From NCBI GenBank assembly GCA_964409005.1, contig CAYPBR010000002.1, positions 1 to 53,308 of the forward strand: a stretch of DNA of 53,308 nucleotides, written 5' to 3'. The notes beneath the pieces are model-generated. The model ran no database searches. It was given only the letters and a program-made list of their open reading frames with translations, and was not told the origin of the DNA. This document shows, piece by piece, positions 49,067 to 53,308 of this stretch (positions are counted from its first letter, which is position 1; each line of letters starts with the position of its first letter). The stretch is from Candidatus Woesearchaeota archaeon (GTDB lineage Archaea; Nanobdellota; Nanobdellia; Pacearchaeales; GW2011-AR1). Position numbers and translations under genes: made by a program.

Positions 49067-49569
49067 TATAAATTGTGTAAGATAAGTTTCTTTTTAATTG
49101 TTTCTTTTGTGTCTTTTTTATTTAAATGAGTTAGGAAGAAGTTTAAATCTTCAATTATATGTAAATCATAGTTCCTACCCAAGATTTTTAAGTGTCTTTC
49201 TTGTCCTTCATCAATATAAAGTTTATTATTTAATATTATTCCAGTAACCTTATCCATGTATAACCCTCTTCCTCTATCTTTGGAGAACATAATTTTCTCC
49301 CATATTGTAAATACATATATTCTGTTGTAAAGGAATTTTTTAGTGAGACAAATATTAAATAAATTCCACAAATAAAGATAAGGTTTATTTAAAATTCTCG
49401 TATAAATAATCCCAACAATAATAACAAAAACAAAAGTGGGTATCGTTAAAGGTATCCTTTTAGTTATCCCTAAAAAAGCCATAATAATTATAAAAATATG
49501 GATGTTGTTCACACTCATCCCAAAAAATCTATTACTCCCTCTTAGTAGTTTACTTAGTCCATAAATCAT
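49066..49569 (-). CDS. membrane protein with KKKLILHNL C-terminal tail
   Basis: 2-3 TM helices; ends ...KETIKKKLILHNL. Confidence 0.5.
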   Translation of the reverse strand: MIYGLSKLLRGSNRFFGMSVNNIHIFIIIMAFLGITKRIPLTIPTFVFVIIVGIIYTRILNKPYLYLWNLFNICLTKKFLYNRIYVFTIWEKIMFSKDRGRGLYMDKVTGIILNNKLYIDEGQERHLKILGRNYDLHIIEDLNFFLTHLNKKDTKETIKKKLILHNL

Positions 49570-49572
49570 TTC

Positions 49573-50142
49573 TTATCCTTTCTTCTTTTCCTCTAATGAA
49601 TTTAAAATAGTTAGTTTTACTGCGTCGTTATATTCTTTTTTAGAGGTGGGTTTTACATCCTGTTCTGTTTTAACCGTAAATGGATTTTCATACTTTATTT
49701 TAACTTCACATTCACAAGGATAGTTATAACATTTATGACAAATACTATCACTCCCAATATCAAATCTATCTTTTTTAAATTCAATATTCCCTTCTTTTAA
49801 TTTATCTACCCCTATTGCTTTTGCTAAATCTTCTTTTAAATAATCAACATTACCTTTAATTACAACGGTTCTTCTTGTATTATCATCCATTTTTTTATAA
49901 TTATTAAACCAAATTAATTGAATATCTTTCTTCATCTTGTTTGTTGCTTCATCCCCATAAACTCCACAGCCCCAAATATCGTAAGCTTCATCCCAACCAC
50001 ATATTTGTATAGCATTAATGTTTCCACCACCACTTCCTGCGGGGGTCATGATTCTCCCAATTTCTGTTCTAACACCTTTTATATCTGTTCCGAAAATTAA
50101 TACTTCTTCTTTGCTTTTTAATTCAAAATCTATTTTTATCAT
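49573..50142 (-). CDS. hypothetical protein with KLTILNSLEE C-terminal tail
   Basis: ORF track; CHKCYNYPCEC; ends ...AVKLTILNSLEEKKKG. Confidence 0.5.
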   Translation of the reverse strand: MIKIDFELKSKEEVLIFGTDIKGVRTEIGRIMTPAGSGGGNINAIQICGWDEAYDIWGCGVYGDEATNKMKKDIQLIWFNNYKKMDDNTRRTVVIKGNVDYLKEDLAKAIGVDKLKEGNIEFKKDRFDIGSDSICHKCYNYPCECEVKIKYENPFTVKTEQDVKPTSKKEYNDAVKLTILNSLEEKKKG

Positions 50143-50144
50143 TT

Positions 50145-50879
50145 TTAGTTCCTAGTTATATCTAAAATTATCTCTTTATTTTCTGAATATTGATAATCAT
50201 ACAATTTAGATAATAAAGATTGAAAGTGTTCTGTCCATTGTTTTCTATCTTTATTTGTTAGCATATGGCATTTTCTACATAAACTTATACAATTCTGAGG
50301 AACACTCATTAACTTATCATAATTAATGTGATGAACATCAAGTGCCATGTTTAACTTTTCTCTGTGAATTCCACAAACCATACAAATTTGATTATCTCTT
50401 TTTCTTATTGCTATTCTAAATTTATTATTGAATGATTCATCATAAGGTTCAAAAGATATTCCCCCTTGCCAGTTTGGGTGTTTCTCTCCACTATTTATCT
50501 CTCTTAATTTTTGTTTAGTTTTTTCTGATACTATATTTCCTGTTAATGCTTTACTTATATTTCTTGCTCTGTCTTTATTTTCACTAATTTTTCTTTTAGT
50601 CTTTTCTGAATGTTTTTTACCCGTCATTCCATGTGGAGGGCAATTTTTCAAACTTTTTTTAAGTTTTTCTATAGTTTCCTTAGTGTGTTTTTTACCATAA
50701 AAAGGATTTTTTTCTCCCTCATTCCAACCTTTTAATCCTTCATTCCAAGGTTTATTCCCTTTTTTAAATGCAGTGGGTCTAACATAATTTATTCTTTTAT
50801 CAGTATCTTTTGTAAGTCCTTTGTTCCAAGGTATTCTACCTTTAGAAAACTTTTTATTAGAATATTTTTTAAGAGTCAT
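50145..50879 (-). CDS. HNH homing endonuclease with NUMOD3 repeats
   Basis: PWNKGL and GKKHTKETIEKL / GKKHSEKTKRKISE / SEKTKQKLRE repeats; CMVCG...LDVHHINYD...ISLCRKCHMLTN. Confidence 0.8.
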   Translation of the reverse strand: MTLKKYSNKKFSKGRIPWNKGLTKDTDKRINYVRPTAFKKGNKPWNEGLKGWNEGEKNPFYGKKHTKETIEKLKKSLKNCPPHGMTGKKHSEKTKRKISENKDRARNISKALTGNIVSEKTKQKLREINSGEKHPNWQGGISFEPYDESFNNKFRIAIRKRDNQICMVCGIHREKLNMALDVHHINYDKLMSVPQNCISLCRKCHMLTNKDRKQWTEHFQSLLSKLYDYQYSENKEIILDITRN

Positions 50880-51001
50880 ATCTTTCTTATGTTTATTTCA
50901 ACATAATCTCCTTTTTTTAATTTTAGTTTAGTCATTATTGGTTTATCAATTATAATTCCTAAACTCTGGGCTATTGCAACTATTTTTTTAGTTATTTTCA
51001 T
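50876..51001 (-). CDS. AbrB/SpoVT(MazE)-like mini DNA-binding protein (41 aa)
   Basis: Hand-translated MKITKKIVAIAQSLGIIIDKPIMTKLKLKKGDYVEINIRKI; ATGA overlap with the HNH gene. Confidence 0.4.
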   Translation of the reverse strand: MKITKKIVAIAQSLGIIIDKPIMTKLKLKKGDYVEINIRKI

Positions 51002-51054
51002 ATTATAATTATATATGTGAACTATTTAAGTCTTTCTATAGTTCTTCTTTCATT

Positions 51055-51318
51055 TTAATTTCTCCTAATTATATCTAAACTCTCTTTTGGAATAATCCAA
51101 CAATAATAATCATCCTTCCACATTACTTCAATTTGATTATCATCAGTAGTTACCCCTAATACACTTATAACAATTCCTTTTTTTCCCATCAATATTTCAC
51201 ATTTTTCTTTTAAAAGACCATTTTTAATAGCATTACGCTTAATCTTAACCATCATTCCAATCTTAAAGGTTAAATTTTCAAGTGCATCTGTGATTTTTTC
51301 TTTATCTTTTAATTTCAT
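51055..51318 (-). CDS. hypothetical protein
   Basis: ORF track. Confidence 0.4.
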   Translation of the reverse strand: MKLKDKEKITDALENLTFKIGMMVKIKRNAIKNGLLKEKCEILMGKKGIVISVLGVTTDDNQIEVMWKDDYYCWIIPKESLDIIRRN

Positions 51319-51524
51319 TTTTTTAACTCCCCCATCTCACTTTCTATTTCACTTATAACATTTTTCTTACTAACATTAGACATTTCAGTAGAACCTTTAA
51401 TATCTCCTGTTCTAACACACCAAGTATTTGGTTTCCATTCAGATTTACTTATCTCTATGTGAAGAACTCTTTTCTCATTTCCTTCAAGAGCATCTATTAT
51501 TTTATCTTTTATTTTCTTTTTCAT
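51315..51524 (-). CDS. hypothetical protein
   Basis: ORF track. Confidence 0.4.
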   Translation of the reverse strand: MKKKIKDKIIDALEGNEKRVLHIEISKSEWKPNTWCVRTGDIKGSTEMSNVSKKNVISEIESEMGELKK

Positions 51525-51790
51525 TTTTCTAAGTTCCTTATTATCGCTTTTTTTTCTAATTCCCTATAATTTTCCTTTCTAAGTTTTCTATCTAATGAAC
51601 ATTGCTCAAGAAATTCTTGAAAACAATTCCAACAGATACGGACTATTGTATGATTAAGACTACTCCAACCATAATCATCATCAATTAATTGTTCAATAAA
51701 TCCATCTTGCCCTCTAACTTTCTTTTTACACTTATGACAATTCCAACTTGTTCCTGCACTAACTTTAAATTTTATATGTGTTATTTTCAT
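51521..51790 (-). CDS. zinc-finger protein with KKAIIRNLEK tail
   Basis: CHKCKK...CWNCF. Confidence 0.5.
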   Translation of the reverse strand: MKITHIKFKVSAGTSWNCHKCKKKVRGQDGFIEQLIDDDYGWSSLNHTIVRICWNCFQEFLEQCSLDRKLRKENYRELEKKAIIRNLEK

Positions 51791-52080
51791 TTTTTCTCCA
51801 GATTGTTAAGCATCACAACTTTTTTCAATCTATTCAAAATAATCTCTTTAGTTTCTTTAATAAAATCTCCATCTGAATAACTATCATTACTTTCAAAGGC
51901 AGTTCTATTTGCACGAAAACAATTATTACAAGTAATAATCCTAAATAATTCTACATTTCCAAATCGTAGTGATTTATACCCCCGACATTCTTTACAAGCG
52001 TCTTTATGACAAATATCACATTTACTATCTGCAACTCTTTCGTTACAAATATCACAGAGTATTGTTTCTTTTTTAACCAT
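51787..52080 (-). CDS. B-box-like 4xCxxC zinc-finger protein with KKVVMLNNLEKK tail
   Basis: ILCDICNERVADSKCDICHKDACKEC...ITCNNCF. Confidence 0.55.
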   Translation of the reverse strand: MVKKETILCDICNERVADSKCDICHKDACKECRGYKSLRFGNVELFRIITCNNCFRANRTAFESNDSYSDGDFIKETKEIILNRLKKVVMLNNLEKK

Positions 52081-52403
52081 TATTCATCCCTTGTTTTCAT
52101 TTTCTTTTTACTTTCTAACTCTAATACAATCATATTCTTTTTAATATATGTTCTAAAGCTCTGTCCAAGCTCACTTTTAAATTCCTTACTCCAAAAATCT
52201 TTACCTTTGTCCGTAACTTTATTTTGACAATTATAACAAAGAGAAATATTATACAAAAAGTTATTATCATTAGCATCCCCAATCCAAAATCTTAATGCTT
52301 TATCACAATTCTCACAAATATCCATTTCACATAGACTACACTTTGCTTTACTAACTCTTTCATCACATTCATCACAAATTATTACATCTGTTTTCTTAAC
52401 CAT
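52080..52403 (-). CDS. B-box-like 4xCxxC zinc-finger protein with KKNMIVLELE tail
   Basis: IICDECDERVSKAKCSLCEMDICENC...SLCYNCQ. Confidence 0.55.
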   Translation of the reverse strand: MVKKTDVIICDECDERVSKAKCSLCEMDICENCDKALRFWIGDANDNNFLYNISLCYNCQNKVTDKGKDFWSKEFKSELGQSFRTYIKKNMIVLELESKKKMKTRDE

Positions 52404-52404
52404 T

Positions 52405-52692
52405 TTATTCTTTTAGCCCATCCAATATCAATTTTTTTCTTAAATGAGTATTTAATGTAGATTTTATCAAATCTAAAACTTCAGAAGAGTTTTCTTCTGT
52501 TATTATCTTATTTAATTTTGGAAAACAATCCTTACAATAATCAATAAGAAATCTTAAATTTATACCTTCAATATGTTTATCAGATTTACTACGGCAGAAA
52601 TTACATAAATCATCATTACAAATAAAACATTTTCTACTTGCTACTCTTATGTTACACCTATCACAAATCACAACTTTTTCTTTTACTACCAT
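52405..52692 (-). CDS. B-box-like 4xCxxC zinc-finger protein with RKKLILDGLKE tail
   Basis: VICDRCNIRVASRKCFICNDDLCNFC...DYCKDCF. Confidence 0.55.
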   Translation of the reverse strand: MVVKEKVVICDRCNIRVASRKCFICNDDLCNFCRSKSDKHIEGINLRFLIDYCKDCFPKLNKIITEENSSEVLDLIKSTLNTHLRKKLILDGLKE

Positions 52693-52748
52693 CTTAATTT
52701 AAATTATTAATTATCTCGGTTTTAGTTATTATATTCTTTTTTTCCATT

Positions 52749-52997
52749 TTATAAATTGTCCAGCACTATTAATTTTTGATTTTTTTTAATCATTTTTTTA
52801 AGTTCTATTCTTATTTTTCTTAATTTTAATATCTTCAATCCTATTGTGTCCAAAGAACATTTATAACAAAGATTAATCTGTGAACCATAATGTTCTGGGT
52901 TATAAACATAACCTCTTGGAACTCCTTTTCCAATTTGTTTCTTACAAATATTACACTTAGACCTACTACTTTTGCTTAACTCAATCCCACTTACCAT
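52749..52997 (-). CDS. PARP-type-like zinc-finger protein with KLIVLDNL tail
   Basis: ELSKSSRSKCNICKKQIGKGVPRG...LCYKCS resembles zf-PARP (AKSgRs.C..C...I.kg..R). Confidence 0.45.
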   Translation of the reverse strand: MVSGIELSKSSRSKCNICKKQIGKGVPRGYVYNPEHYGSQINLCYKCSLDTIGLKILKLRKIRIELKKMIKKNQKLIVLDNL

Positions 52998-53308
52998 TTA
53001 TTCTTCTTCCTCTAAATCATTTACTATCTTTTCTTTTGTGATTGCTATATCTATTTTATCTAAATTCTCTCCAAATTTTTTAAATCTTTTTCTTGTTTCA
53101 TCTTCTTTCTTCCACCTTTCCATTTTTTTCTTATCTTTTTCATTATCATACCTTTTTATTTTATCAATTTTATCTAACTTTGTATAAAGGGCTTGTCTTT
53201 CATTCCATTCCTTATCTGTATTATCTCTTAATTTATTTTTTTCAACCTCAATTTTATCTAATCTATCCTCATTTTCTTCATCTTTTCTTTTAGCATTTTG
53301 ATATTCTT
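52998..53308 (-). CDS. coiled-coil protein, C-terminal part (start outside window)
   Basis: Hand-translated open frame from the window edge: ...EYQNAKRKDEENEDRLDKIEVEKNKLRDN...ITKEKIVNDLEEEE. The TAA stop abuts ATG 52997. Confidence 0.45.
   Translation of the reverse strand, partial: EYQNAKRKDEENEDRLDKIEVEKNKLRDNTDKEWNERQALYTKLDKIDKIKRYDNEKDKKKMERWKKEDETRKRFKKFGENLDKIDIAITKEKIVNDLEEEE

Noticed and set aside
1-53308. CRISPR arrays, rRNA genes, long terminal or tandem DNA repeats
   Set aside because: By eye I found no series of 25-40-nt direct repeats with unique spacers and no rRNA-like segment. The only repeated DNA is short promoter cassettes and paralogous genes. A computational repeat scan would be needed to be sure.

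Overview
AT-rich window with the organisation of a large tailed virus or virus-like mobile element, most likely with an archaeal host. Evidence for an archaeal host: TTTATAAA-type TATA boxes about 28-31 nt upstream of start codons (leaderless geometry), tRNAs with archaeal identity features (C1:G72 Tyr, A1:U72 Gln and Met, U73 Thr), and one tRNA intron that folds as a bulge-helix-bulge. Layout: nt 1-8830 is a plus-strand module (tail-fibre C-terminus, Hjc-like resolvase, secreted matrixin-like protease, DsbA-like protein). Nearly everything from 8833 to the end is one long minus-strand array of short, often ATGA-overlapping genes. Main items: (1) a tightly packed array of 7 tRNAs plus one plus-strand tRNA-Met. 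In this array tRNA-Ala(UGC) is split at position 37/38 by a 446-nt BHB-type intron filled by an HNH endonuclease ORF, and two tRNAs carry C33. (2) Two LAGLIDADG inteins, one in motif I of an Rnl2-like RNA ligase and one after the GNHD motif of a calcineurin-type phosphoesterase. (3) A stand-alone ribosomal protein uL29 gene. (4) A TnpB gene with a candidate omega-RNA. (5) At least 12 HNH or PD-(D/E)xK homing-endonuclease-like genes. (6) A SWIM / C5-methyltransferase / nuclease-like operon. (7) A family of CxxC zinc-finger proteins that share a C-terminal KK-hhhh-x-x-L tail. All functions come from motif recognition by eye; no homology search was possible. Many small ORFs remain hypothetical.
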